A stretch of DNA of 64,000 nt from an uncultured Clostridia bacterium (GTDB lineage Bacteria; Bacillota; Clostridia; Christensenellales; UBA1242), in assembly GCA_944381205.1 (NCBI GenBank), contig CALWKG010000001.1:66488-130487 (forward strand). The letters run 5' to 3'. The translations under genes and the position numbers were made by a program. Of the stretch, positions 1 to 8,498 are shown one piece after another. Below the pieces are notes generated by a model. The model made no database searches and had not been told where the DNA came from. It worked only from the letters and a program-made list of their open reading frames with translations. Position 1 is the stretch's first letter. Each line of letters starts with the position of its first letter.

Positions 1-315
1 GTATATTACATAGCCGTTGACGACAATGATAAGTTGATGGACTTACTAAATTTAAGAATTAACAAAAGAAAAGGAATAGAACAACAAACAACAACACAAG
101 AAAACATCATAAAAAATGAGGTTACAAGCAACGAAAATGTTGTAGTAGAAAGCCCAAGTGAAGAAACATCAAAAGTAGAAAAAAAAGCAACTGCTAAAAA
201 AACAACTGCTAAAAAATCTACTAGTGGTGCAACTAAAAAGAAATCCGCCACCGCTAAAAAGACTACTACAAAAAAATCAACTGCTTCTAGTAAAAAAACT
301 GCAAAAAAAGAATAA
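1..315 (+). CDS. 3' end of a gene entering from upstream; C-terminal Lys/Ala/Thr-rich basic tail
   Basis: Frame 1 is open from base 1, with no stop before the ATG at 34. Low-complexity KKATAKKTTAKK-type tail. Terminator follows. Confidence 0.4.
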   Translation, partial: VYYIAVDDNDKLMDLLNLRINKRKGIEQQTTTQENIIKNEVTSNENVVVESPSEETSKVEKKATAKKTTAKKSTSGATKKKSATAKKTTTKKSTASSKKTAKKE

Positions 316-331
316 GACAACTTTTAATATT

Positions 332-359
332 AAATCTAGGGTTATTCCCTAGATTTTTT
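332..359 (+). terminator. Rho-independent terminator
   Basis: aaatctaggg / ttatt / ccctagattt hairpin followed by a T-run. Confidence 0.7.
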
Positions 360-433
360 ATGTTATAAGAGTTTAAATAAATTTTAGACCAATAACTTAA
401 AATTTTTTTAAATAAACAGATAACAAAAACTAT

Positions 434-462
434 TTGACCAAAGATATAAAAATTCTTATTAT
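434..462 (+). promoter_or_regulatory. Sigma-A-like promoter for the downstream CDS
   Basis: TTGACC, 17-nt spacer, TATTAT. An AAGAGG RBS lies about 8 nt before the ATG at 482. Confidence 0.45.
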
Positions 463-481
463 AAACTAAGAGGTATTTATT

Positions 482-1663
482 ATGAAAGTTTTCGGAACAA
501 TTTCACGTGGGGTTAGGACTCCAATAATAAAAGAAGGCGATGATTTGGCAAAAATTGTGTGTGATAGTGTTTTAAATGCAGTAAAAAAAGAAAAAGTTGA
601 TTTAAATGATAGAGATGTAATTGCCATAACCGAGGCGGTTGTTGGTATCTCACAAGGAAACTATGCCACAATAGACCAAATTGCAAAAGACGTAAATAGT
701 AAATTTGGTGACGAAACTGTTGGGCTTGTATTCCCTATTTTAAGTAGAAATAGATTTTCGATGTTGCTAAAAGGCATTGCAAAAGGGGTAAAGAAGTTAA
801 TTATCCAACTATCTTACCCTAGCGACGAAGTTGGAAATTCTCTTGTGGATTTAGAAACTTTTTATGAATCTAACATTAATCCTTACAGCGACGTATTTAC
901 CGGTGACGAATTTAACGCAAAATTTAATTACCCTGTACACACATTTACAGGCATTAATTACATTGATTTGTTTAAAGAATATGGTGGAAAAAACACGGAA
1001 ATTATATTATCTAATGACCCAAAAACAATATTAAATTACACTAAAAATGTTATTTGTGCGGATATTCACACAAGAAATAGGACTCAAAAAATAATAAAAA
1101 ATGCCGGTGGTGAAAAAGTTTTAACCCTTTGCGATATTATGAATAAAAGTATTGATGGTAGTGGTTATAACTCTAAATATGGCTTACTTGGCTCTAACAA
1201 ATCTACCGAAGACAAAGTAAAATTATTTCCTGAAAACGGACAAGAACTGGTTGATAAAGTGCAAAAAATGATTTTTGAACAAACAGGAAAAAAGTTAGAG
1301 ATTATGGTTTATGGAGATGGGGCTTTTAAAGACCCGGTTGGTGGAATTTGGGAACTTGCAGACCCAATTGTTTCCCCTGCCTATACAAGCGGACTAGTTG
1401 GCACCCCTAACGAACTAAAATTAAAGTTTTTGTCGGATAATAAATTTAGAGATTTGCGTGGCGAAGAATTAATGCTTGCAATGAAGAATGAAATTAAAAA
1501 TAAAAGTAAAAATCTAAAAGGCAGTATGGAAACACAAGGCACTACTCCTAGAAGATATATTGACCTTTTGGGTTCACTTGCTGACCTTACAAGCGGGAGT
1601 GGCGATAAAGGTACACCAGTTGTTTTGATACAGAATTATTTTTCAAATTACGCAGAAGATTAA
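482..1663 (+). CDS. F420-0:gamma-glutamyl ligase (CofE)-like family protein, function unknown in Firmicutes
   Basis: The N-terminal pattern (GVRTPIIKEGDDLAKIV...AITEAVVGISQG) resembles the CofE-like ligase family. Good RBS and promoter. Confidence 0.5.
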   Translation: MKVFGTISRGVRTPIIKEGDDLAKIVCDSVLNAVKKEKVDLNDRDVIAITEAVVGISQGNYATIDQIAKDVNSKFGDETVGLVFPILSRNRFSMLLKGIAKGVKKLIIQLSYPSDEVGNSLVDLETFYESNINPYSDVFTGDEFNAKFNYPVHTFTGINYIDLFKEYGGKNTEIILSNDPKTILNYTKNVICADIHTRNRTQKIIKNAGGEKVLTLCDIMNKSIDGSGYNSKYGLLGSNKSTEDKVKLFPENGQELVDKVQKMIFEQTGKKLEIMVYGDGAFKDPVGGIWELADPIVSPAYTSGLVGTPNELKLKFLSDNKFRDLRGEELMLAMKNEIKNKSKNLKGSMETQGTTPRRYIDLLGSLADLTSGSGDKGTPVVLIQNYFSNYAED

Positions 1664-1920
1664 TTTTTTTAGTTTATTATTATAAATTTTTAACAATGAA
1701 GTACTTATAAAGATGATAAAATTTATAGTAATAAAATTTTATGTTAAAATATTTTTTCGTTTTGAAATGTTATAATTTTTCTTTAAATTCTATTAATAGT
1801 AAATAAAATAATCGCGTTGTAAATCAATATATGCCCTATTTTAATTTAGTTATTTTTTGACATTATATCGCTCAATAAGTTTTGATAGATATAGATATTT
1901 ACATAAAGAATCTAAAATAA

Positions 1921-2628
1921 TTAAATGTTGAGCAAATATATAGTATTCCCTTTAAGGTTATATTGATTTTCCAAATCATACATATTTAATATTTTTTTTG
2001 AAAGCATTGCAAGTTCTTTACTATTTTCAAAAAAATTTGCCCTTGGAAAAATTTTTTTTAAAAGACAGATTATATAATTGTAGTGTGTGCAACCTACAAT
2101 TATATTTTTTATTTTTAAATTATTATACTTATTAAAATAATCACGCAATGGGGTTTCTAAAATTTCTATGTTATTTATGTTGTCATCAATTTTTTTCGCC
2201 AAATCTTTAAACCCTACTACGATTAGATTTTTATTACTTTTGTATCGCTTTATAAGTTTACTATGTTTCACTGTGTTTTTAGTTGCGATTAGTAGTGTTT
2301 TGTTTTGCAAAATTTTATTATTAATTTTAGGATTTACAAATAACAATATATATTTGCTATATCTCTTTATTATTAAATTTTTAAACATAGAACTAATTGT
2401 ATTGCAAGCGATAACTATCATTTTAATTTTGTATTTTTGAGTTAGTTTATCGAGTACTTTTACTATATTTTTCTTTAAATCATTTGATTTTTTATCCCCG
2501 TAGGGACAAAAATTTTGGTCTTTAAATAAAATATAATTTTCATTTGGCAAATAATATTTTAGTTTTTTCAAAACAAATTGCCCACCATTACCACTATCAA
2601 AAACTAAAATATAATCATTATTTTTCAT
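1921..2628 (-). CDS. murI: Glutamate racemase
   Basis: Motifs VFDSGNGG, IVIACNT, VGCTHY. Confidence 0.85.
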   Translation of the reverse strand: MKNNDYILVFDSGNGGQFVLKKLKYYLPNENYILFKDQNFCPYGDKKSNDLKKNIVKVLDKLTQKYKIKMIVIACNTISSMFKNLIIKRYSKYILLFVNPKINNKILQNKTLLIATKNTVKHSKLIKRYKSNKNLIVVGFKDLAKKIDDNINNIEILETPLRDYFNKYNNLKIKNIIVGCTHYNYIICLLKKIFPRANFFENSKELAMLSKKILNMYDLENQYNLKGNTIYLLNI

Positions 2629-2712
2629 ATAGTATTATTTTATGATAAACTTGTAAAAGAGGTTTTTGTCATTGATAACTTTTTTTAATTTTAAAGTTCA
2701 CTTTTATCGATT

Positions 2713-3054
2713 TTAGTCTATTTTATCTAAAATTTTCAGGTCAAAAATATCGTCGAAATTAATTTTTTTATCTTCTATACTTAAAATTTTTTTATTTACA
2801 TCAATATTTTTTACGGTGAAATTGCCATCTTTGTAGTATCCTTTTTCAAAATACTTTATATAAATTTGATTATTTTTTTTAATGTTTTTTAAAACTTCTG
2901 AAATTTTTAAAATTGTTTCGTCATCTAAATCTCCTTTTGTACTTCTATCGTGTTCGTATTCTTTAAGTCTAAGGGCTTTTTGCAAACCTTTTAAGGCATC
3001 AAAGGGGGCAAACTGCTTTGCTCGTTCACTATTTGGCATTTTAATTCTCTCCAC
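2713..3054 (-). CDS. YolD-like protein (accessory to Y-family polymerase)
   Basis: About 110 aa with an FAPFDALKG motif. Overlaps the 3' end of the upstream Y-family polymerase gene by 14 nt. Confidence 0.65.
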   Translation of the reverse strand: MERIKMPNSERAKQFAPFDALKGLQKALRLKEYEHDRSTKGDLDDETILKISEVLKNIKKNNQIYIKYFEKGYYKDGNFTVKNIDVNKKILSIEDKKINFDDIFDLKILDKID

Positions 3055-4306
3055 TTTTATGCCCTCCTATCATTGAATTTCTGTTCCGTTGAGTTGCTTT
3101 TTTATTTAGATCTAGCGCTTTTACAACTGAATTTTTTCCGTATTTGTCTTTAACATTGATAATTGTTTTTGTCACTTTACTTTCCTTTTCTATATTTTTT
3201 TGGACTGAAAAAAGGTCGTATTGTTCCCTATCTTCTTTTTGTAAGTCAGCAAAATCAAATCCAATTTTTCTAATAAATTTATGTTTATTTGCAACTTTTT
3301 CAAATAATTTTAGGGCGTATTTTATAATAACAGAATACAGGTTAGTTATAACAGGAATTCTAACTGTGCCCTTATCTCCATCTCCTTTACTATCGCCATA
3401 ACCAATAAAAATATGGATAAGTCCTGTATAGTAATTTTGACGGGATAAATCATAGCAACCATTTTGAATCATTTCTCTAAAAATCAATTTTGCTTCGTCG
3501 TAGGTATAATTAGTTGGGAGAATTTGCGACGATGATATAGACCTAGACTTTCCCTTATAATTTTTAATATTTGCTATTGTACAAGTTTCCCTTCCCCAAG
3601 CGTGGTCAATTATAAGTTCTGCGTTTATGCCGAACTCGTTGTATAAAATTTCTTCATTAAAATTGGCAAGTTGTCGCATAGTGTATATTCCGTATTTTGC
3701 AAGTCTTGTAGAAATTCCCTTTGAAATTTGCCAAAAATCTGTAAGTGGCTTATAATCCCACAACGTTTTTTTATAAATATTTTCGTCTAAAATACCAATT
3801 TTATCTTTGGAATTTTTTGCAGTAATATCAAGTGCAATTTTTGCCAGATACATATTTGTACCAATACCTATACTAGCCGGGATATTTAAAGTAGAAGATA
3901 TTTCATTAAGTAATTTTAAGGCAAAATCTTTTTTTGAAATTGAATACAGTGACAAGTAATCTGTAACGTCCAAAAAACACTCGTCAATAGAGTAAACGTG
4001 AATATCACTTTTATCAATATATTTGAGATAAATAGCATAAATATCTGCGGCATACTCTATATATCGTTTCATTCTAGGCGGGACCAAGATATAATCAATA
4101 GTTTTGGGAATTTCAAAAAGTCGGCACCTGTTTTTTATATTTAACTTTTTTAAAGCAGGGGTAATTGCTAAGCAGACCGTCTGTTCGGTTCGAGAATAAT
4201 CTGCGACCACTAGTTTTGCTCGCATAGGGTCAAGTCCCCTATCAGCACACTCACAGGACGCAAAAAAAGATTTCATATCAATTACAAAATAGCATCTACT
4301 TTTCAT
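3041..4306 (-). CDS. Y-family (ImpB/UmuC/DinB-type) translesion DNA polymerase
   Basis: N-terminal FVIDMKSFFASCE, SIDECFLDVT, and helix-hairpin-helix region ISKGISTRLAKYGIYTMRQLA. Confidence 0.85.
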   Translation of the reverse strand: MKSRCYFVIDMKSFFASCECADRGLDPMRAKLVVADYSRTEQTVCLAITPALKKLNIKNRCRLFEIPKTIDYILVPPRMKRYIEYAADIYAIYLKYIDKSDIHVYSIDECFLDVTDYLSLYSISKKDFALKLLNEISSTLNIPASIGIGTNMYLAKIALDITAKNSKDKIGILDENIYKKTLWDYKPLTDFWQISKGISTRLAKYGIYTMRQLANFNEEILYNEFGINAELIIDHAWGRETCTIANIKNYKGKSRSISSSQILPTNYTYDEAKLIFREMIQNGCYDLSRQNYYTGLIHIFIGYGDSKGDGDKGTVRIPVITNLYSVIIKYALKLFEKVANKHKFIRKIGFDFADLQKEDREQYDLFSVQKNIEKESKVTKTIINVKDKYGKNSVVKALDLNKKATQRNRNSMIGGHKSGEN

Positions 4307-4437
4307 TATAAATAGTATATACCCATATTGGTAAAATTAAAAATTTAATTTTAGACAATCTAAAAATATTTTGTCTTAAAATAATAATATATAAAATTCA
4401 ATTTATAAAAAAATTATCTATTAAAGACAAAAACTAT

Positions 4438-4752
4438 TTATAAAAAGATATGTCTGTATATTTCCAAATCTACCTTATTGTCGTCACTTACTTTAACTCC
4501 CTCTTGTTCTAACATTTGTTTTTGGGCATTTATTTTACCAAATGCAAAATTAGGGGCAAGTCTTCCATTTCTATTTACAACTCTATGACACGGGACTTCT
4601 AAAAAATAAGGGTTTTTATGCAAGGCATAACCTACAACTCGTGATAACTTTTTATTGCCAAGTACTATCGCTATATCGCCATAAGTTGAAACCTTTCCTT
4701 TGGGAATGTGTTTAACAATTTTATAAATTTCTTCATAAAGTAAACTAGACAT
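4438..4752 (-). CDS. MGMT-family (methylated-DNA-protein-cysteine methyltransferase DNA-binding domain) protein
   Basis: IPKGKVSTYGDIA and active-site-type PCHRVV motifs. Short single-domain form (104 aa). Confidence 0.8.
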   Translation of the reverse strand: MSSLLYEEIYKIVKHIPKGKVSTYGDIAIVLGNKKLSRVVGYALHKNPYFLEVPCHRVVNRNGRLAPNFAFGKINAQKQMLEQEGVKVSDDNKVDLEIYRHIFL

Positions 4753-4937
4753 TATTAACTACTCCTCTTAAAATCAAAAATCTTTAAATTACGAAATGCT
4801 TTATTTATAATGAAAACGATTAAACATATTGTTTTTATTAGGTAAAATCGTATTTACTACAAAAATTTATTAAATAAATACTAAAATGATAAAGTTGTTT
4901 TATATAATTAAAATCTAAAATCAAATTTCTTATTAAA

Positions 4938-4980
4938 AAATAAAAACCCTTAAAGAAGATTTGACTTTTTAAAGGTTTAA
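4938..4980 (-). terminator. Terminator after the minus-strand tRNA cluster
   Basis: On the minus strand: aaccttta...taagggtt stem followed by ttatttttt. Confidence 0.4.
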
Positions 4981-4990
4981 CTATTTCGTA

Positions 4991-5073
4991 TGGTGCGGAC
5001 GAGAGGACTTGAACCCCCACGGTTTCCCACTAGATCCTAAGTCTAGCGCGTCTACCAATTCCGCCACATCCGC
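4991..5073 (-). tRNA. tRNA-Leu (anticodon TAG), long variable arm, encoded CCA
   Basis: Reverse complement folds as a cloverleaf. Acceptor gcggatg/cgtccgc, anticodon loop ctTAGga, T-loop GGTTCAAGTCC. Confidence 0.9.
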
Positions 5074-5081
5074 ATATTATT

Positions 5082-5157
5082 TGGTGATCCACCCGAGGTT
5101 CGAACTCGGGACCCCTTGATTAAAAGTCAAGTGCTCTACCGACTGAGCTAGTGAATC
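5082..5157 (-). tRNA. tRNA-Lys (anticodon TTT)
   Basis: Acceptor gattcac/gtggatc, anticodon loop ctTTTaa, T-arm cccgagTTCGAACctcggg, CCA encoded. Confidence 0.9.
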
Positions 5158-5164
5158 ATATTTA

Positions 5165-5240
5165 TGGCTGGGGTGGCAGGATTTGAACCTACGCAATGCA
5201 AGAGTCAAAGTCTTGTGCCTTACCGCTTGGCTACACCCCA
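5165..5240 (-). tRNA. tRNA-Gln (anticodon TTG)
   Basis: Acceptor tggggtg/cacccca, anticodon loop ctTTGac, T-loop GGTTCAAATCC, CCA encoded. Confidence 0.9.
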
Positions 5241-5486
5241 AAACTCACTACCACAATATTATAATAGTATATTAAAAAATAATCAAGTATTTTTTTTATT
5301 TTTAACAATAATTTTTTATAAAATTTTATATAAAATTTAAAAAGCAATTATTTATAAAAATTTTTATTTTTATCAAATTGAACTTATTCTAATTTTTTTT
5401 CTATATAAATTTTAGTAAATAGATTAAAGTCTATAACTAAAAAATTTTAATCAATAAATTTTGATATTTTTTTAAAGTCTAAAAAT

Positions 5487-6497
5487 TTACAACTCTTTTT
5501 CTATATCAATTTGTTTTTTACCTAAGATAAATTTTGTATTGAATAGTAATTGTTCTATATTAGGCTTTGGTTTAAAGGTTGTGGAGTTATAGTTTTTTAG
5601 ACTATTTTGTACAGATAAAATTAGTAAATTTTGTGCCAAGGTAAAAATATTAGGTGCATTTATACTACTATCTACTTCTGGACTTCCCATTTTGGTTAAC
5701 ACTTTGAGCATATGGTCATTAGTTTTGGGATTATTTGTCATATTAGTGGTAAAAACACTAATAGTATTTTCGTCGCTTTTCATTGCCCCATTGCCTTGTT
5801 TTTCCTTAGTTGTTACATTTTGAAATCTTGAAAAATATACATTGCGAGTTTTTTTATTTGTATTCATAGGAACGTCATATCCATCACAACCAGATATTAT
5901 TTGGATATTAGAGGCACCAATAATTGTTCCCCTAGGGGCATAACTAACACTTATAATTTGTGAAAAAATTTCTCTTGTATCATCGTAGGTAAAACCTAAG
6001 TTTATCATTTCGTTATAGACGCAATTTATTATATTATTTACGGCAATAGACCCATAACTATGTGAAAAAATAGTAAGCAAATTAAAATTTTTTATGGCGG
6101 TTTGTTTATCTAACCTATTTCCGTTTTTATCCTTAAATAAAGGGTAAAACAAACTTTCTGCAATGGTTTTAATTTCACTGTCAGTTAAATGAGATGTTTC
6201 TATACCATTAAAACTGCAATATTTATTATTTTTGAACTTTCCGTAAGAAACTCCTATAAAATCTATTTGGCTTCTTTCAATAACTCCAAATAATTGTTCA
6301 AAATTAAGTAATTTTTCGGCAGATTTACAAAAAGCATTGGCATCTCGTTCGCCTAAACTTCTATTTCCACCAAGACACAAAACTGTGGGCTTAGTTATTT
6401 TTGCTTCGTTTAGGTTAAGTTCTTTCCAATGATTTTTGCAATTCAAGTCCCTTATTCCAAGTTTTGCGGGCAAAACCTTTTCATCAGAAGAATCCAT
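5487..6497 (-). CDS. Hypothetical protein, alpha/beta-hydrolase-like (nucleophile elbow FSHSYGS)
   Basis: 336 aa. VLCLGGN then IFSHSYGS (GxSxG-like), with later Asp (GCDGYD) and His (NDHML) candidates. AAGGA RBS. Starts 18 nt after the tRNA-Gln(CTG) 3' end. Confidence 0.5.
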   Translation of the reverse strand: MDSSDEKVLPAKLGIRDLNCKNHWKELNLNEAKITKPTVLCLGGNRSLGERDANAFCKSAEKLLNFEQLFGVIERSQIDFIGVSYGKFKNNKYCSFNGIETSHLTDSEIKTIAESLFYPLFKDKNGNRLDKQTAIKNFNLLTIFSHSYGSIAVNNIINCVYNEMINLGFTYDDTREIFSQIISVSYAPRGTIIGASNIQIISGCDGYDVPMNTNKKTRNVYFSRFQNVTTKEKQGNGAMKSDENTISVFTTNMTNNPKTNDHMLKVLTKMGSPEVDSSINAPNIFTLAQNLLILSVQNSLKNYNSTTFKPKPNIEQLLFNTKFILGKKQIDIEKEL

Positions 6498-6514
6498 TGT
6501 TTATCCTTTTAAAT

Positions 6515-6590
6515 TGGCTGGGGTGGTAGGATTCGAACCTACGCAATGTTGGAGTCAGAGTCCAATGCCTTACCGCTTGGCGACACCCCA
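6515..6590 (-). tRNA. tRNA-Gln (anticodon CTG)
   Basis: Paralogous to the 5165-5240 tRNA. Anticodon loop ctCTGac, T-loop GGTTCGAATCC, CCA encoded. Confidence 0.9.
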
Positions 6591-6751
6591 TTAAAATCTA
6601 AACTAAACTATAATATTATGTAATAATTTTACACAAAAATCAATAGTTTTTTATAAAAATTTTAAAATAAATAAACAATTTTTTTGCTTTTAACTTGTAT
6701 AAAAAGATTGACAACAAAAACTAATTATGATATTTTATATAGGTACAATAT

Positions 6752-6825
6752 GCGGGTGTAACTCAATGGTAGAGTTCCAGCCTTCCAAGCTGGCTACGAG
6801 GGTCCGATTCCCTTCACCCGCTCCA
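6752..6825 (+). tRNA. tRNA-Gly (anticodon TCC) with unusual T-loop
   Basis: Acceptor gcgggtg/cacccgc, anticodon loop ctTCCaa, CCA encoded. The T-loop reads TCCGATT rather than TTCGAnT. Confidence 0.8.
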
Positions 6826-6836
6826 ATATATTTTAT

Positions 6837-6913
6837 GTTTCAGTAGCTCAGTTGGATAGAGCACCGCCCTTCTAAGGCGGGTGTCGGGGGTTCGAATCCC
6901 TCCTGGAACACCA
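6837..6913 (+). tRNA. tRNA-Arg (anticodon TCT)
   Basis: Acceptor gtttcag/ctggaac, anticodon loop ctTCTaa, T-loop GGTTCGAATCC, CCA encoded. Confidence 0.9.
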
Positions 6914-6924
6914 TTTTTTTGTGT

Positions 6925-7002
6925 GGTGAATGTAGTTCAGTTGGCTAGAACGCCAGATTGTGGCTCTGGAGGTCGTGGGTTCGAGTCCCATCTTTCACCC
7001 CA
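6925..7002 (+). tRNA. tRNA-His (anticodon GTG) with extra 5' G(-1)
   Basis: Anticodon loop ttGTGgc, T-loop GGTTCGAGTCC, extra 5' G opposite the discriminator C, CCA encoded. Confidence 0.85.
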
Positions 7003-7014
7003 GAAATTAAAAAA

Positions 7015-7042
7015 ATCGCCATTAATATATGGTGATTTTTTT
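7015..7042 (+). terminator. Rho-independent terminator of the plus-strand tRNA operon
   Basis: atcgccat / taatat / atggtgat hairpin plus T-run. Confidence 0.7.
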
Positions 7043-7421
7043 GTTTATAAAAAGTTTCAAAATTTTAAAAATAATATTTATCCATTAAATATTTAAAATC
7101 GTAGTCTATATTTTTTAGCATAGTTAAAAAAATTTTTATTAGTAAAAATTTAAAGGTTTTTTTGCCGATTTTAAAATGATTACCATATTGATTTTTTCTT
7201 AAAATTAATTTTAATTATCTTTAATTAAGCAATGATTTAAACTTTTATTATATATTTTTATTTGTTTAATACTTTTTAGAGCTTTTTTTGCCCGTTTTTT
7301 ACTAGTATTAATCTTTTTTATAGGTTTTAAATAGGTTAATAGAAGATTATTGACTATGTTATTGCTGGATTTTGATGAGTTTTTGGTATTTTTTATTGAA
7401 TTTTTGCTAATTTTTATTTCT

Positions 7422-8105
7422 TTATGTGATTTCGACTAATTTATTGTCTAAGACATCACAGGAAGTTAAAAAATATTTTGTACTATTGTGTAAAATAATT
7501 TTTGGCGCATTTTTATTAGATGGCAAATGAAGATGCCCGTAAACTACAAAATCTACGTTATATTTTTCTATTATTTTGGAAAAAACTGTTTCCTTATAAT
7601 TTTTATCAAATGGTGGATAGTGCAAAAGGCATATTATTTTTTCATCATTTGTTTTTTTAGAAAATGCATCTTTTAATGACATTTCTAGACGAATTAGTTC
7701 TCTATTTACAAGTTTTTCATCGTCTAAACTCCAACCACGTGTACCACAAAAAATATAATTACCAATTTTTAGGCTGTCATTTTGTAGGGCGAAAATATTA
7801 GGTGGTAAGACATTCCTTACCTTACCTATTGCGCTCCACCAATAATCGTGATTACCGCGAATAATAATTTTTTTCCCCGGGAGATTAGAAATAAACTTTA
7901 AGTCTTCGACTGAGTCTTCTAATTTCATTGCCCAACTAATATCGCCTGCAAGCAAAACGATGTCGTCCTGGGTTACTTTTTTAGTCCAATCTGCAATTAA
8001 TTTATCTAAATAATTTTCCCAAACGGGACCAAAGATATTCATTGGTTTTTTGTTATTTATTGACAAATGCAAATCAGAAATTGCATATACTTTCATTTTT
8101 GACAC
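7422..8105 (-). CDS. Metallophosphoesterase family protein
   Basis: Motifs ISDLHL, AGDISW, GNHDYWW, GHLH. Confidence 0.85.
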   Translation of the reverse strand: MSKMKVYAISDLHLSINNKKPMNIFGPVWENYLDKLIADWTKKVTQDDIVLLAGDISWAMKLEDSVEDLKFISNLPGKKIIIRGNHDYWWSAIGKVRNVLPPNIFALQNDSLKIGNYIFCGTRGWSLDDEKLVNRELIRLEMSLKDAFSKKTNDEKIICLLHYPPFDKNYKETVFSKIIEKYNVDFVVYGHLHLPSNKNAPKIILHNSTKYFLTSCDVLDNKLVEIT

Positions 8106-8363
8106 CTTTTTGAAATAATTATTGATAAAAAACTAAAAAGTACCTTTTAAAAACAGAGATGAAAGGTCTTAATTTTTTAATTTGATAAGCATTGTACTTT
8201 ATACTTATTTATAAATAAAACCTTATTAATAGCATAAGACAATGGTTTGTTAACGTTAATAATATAGCACACAAGCATTAAATTGTAAAATATTTAACCA
8301 TTTATGAACAATTACATTTTATATTAAAGAAACAATTAGAGTATTTTTATAAAAATTTATAAA

Positions 8364-8441
8364 AGTAAAAAAAGACCTGAGATTTTAAAGTAAATTTTTA
8401 AAATAACAAACTAAAAAGTTTACTTTTTGTATCAGGTCTTT
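8364..8441 (-). terminator. Probable terminator of the 8499-9149 gene
   Basis: aaagacctga ... tcaggtcttt long stem with an inner aaagtaaa/tttacttt pairing. T-run on the minus strand. Confidence 0.45.
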
Positions 8442-8498
8442 AAGTTTTAAGTAAAATAAGATACTAATTTGCTAAAATTTTGTTTTTAGGTAAAAAAG

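Noticed and set aside
6-320. 104-aa minus-strand ORF opposite the Lys-rich tail
   Set aside because: It is an antisense shadow of the low-complexity AAA/GCT-rich region, and its hydrophobic repetitive translation is typical of a non-coding frame.
4838-5020. 60-aa ORF overlapping tRNA-Leu
   Set aside because: It runs into a clear tRNA gene and an AT-rich spacer. No RBS.
5165-6590. Integrated mobile element using tRNA-Gln as att site
   Set aside because: There is no integrase, excisionase or phage/ICE gene, and the insert is a single CDS. It is kept only as a low-level finding about tRNA-embedded gene organisation.
6881-7096. 71-aa ORF across tRNA-Arg and tRNA-His
   Set aside because: It is fully explained by two cloverleaf tRNAs and their terminator.
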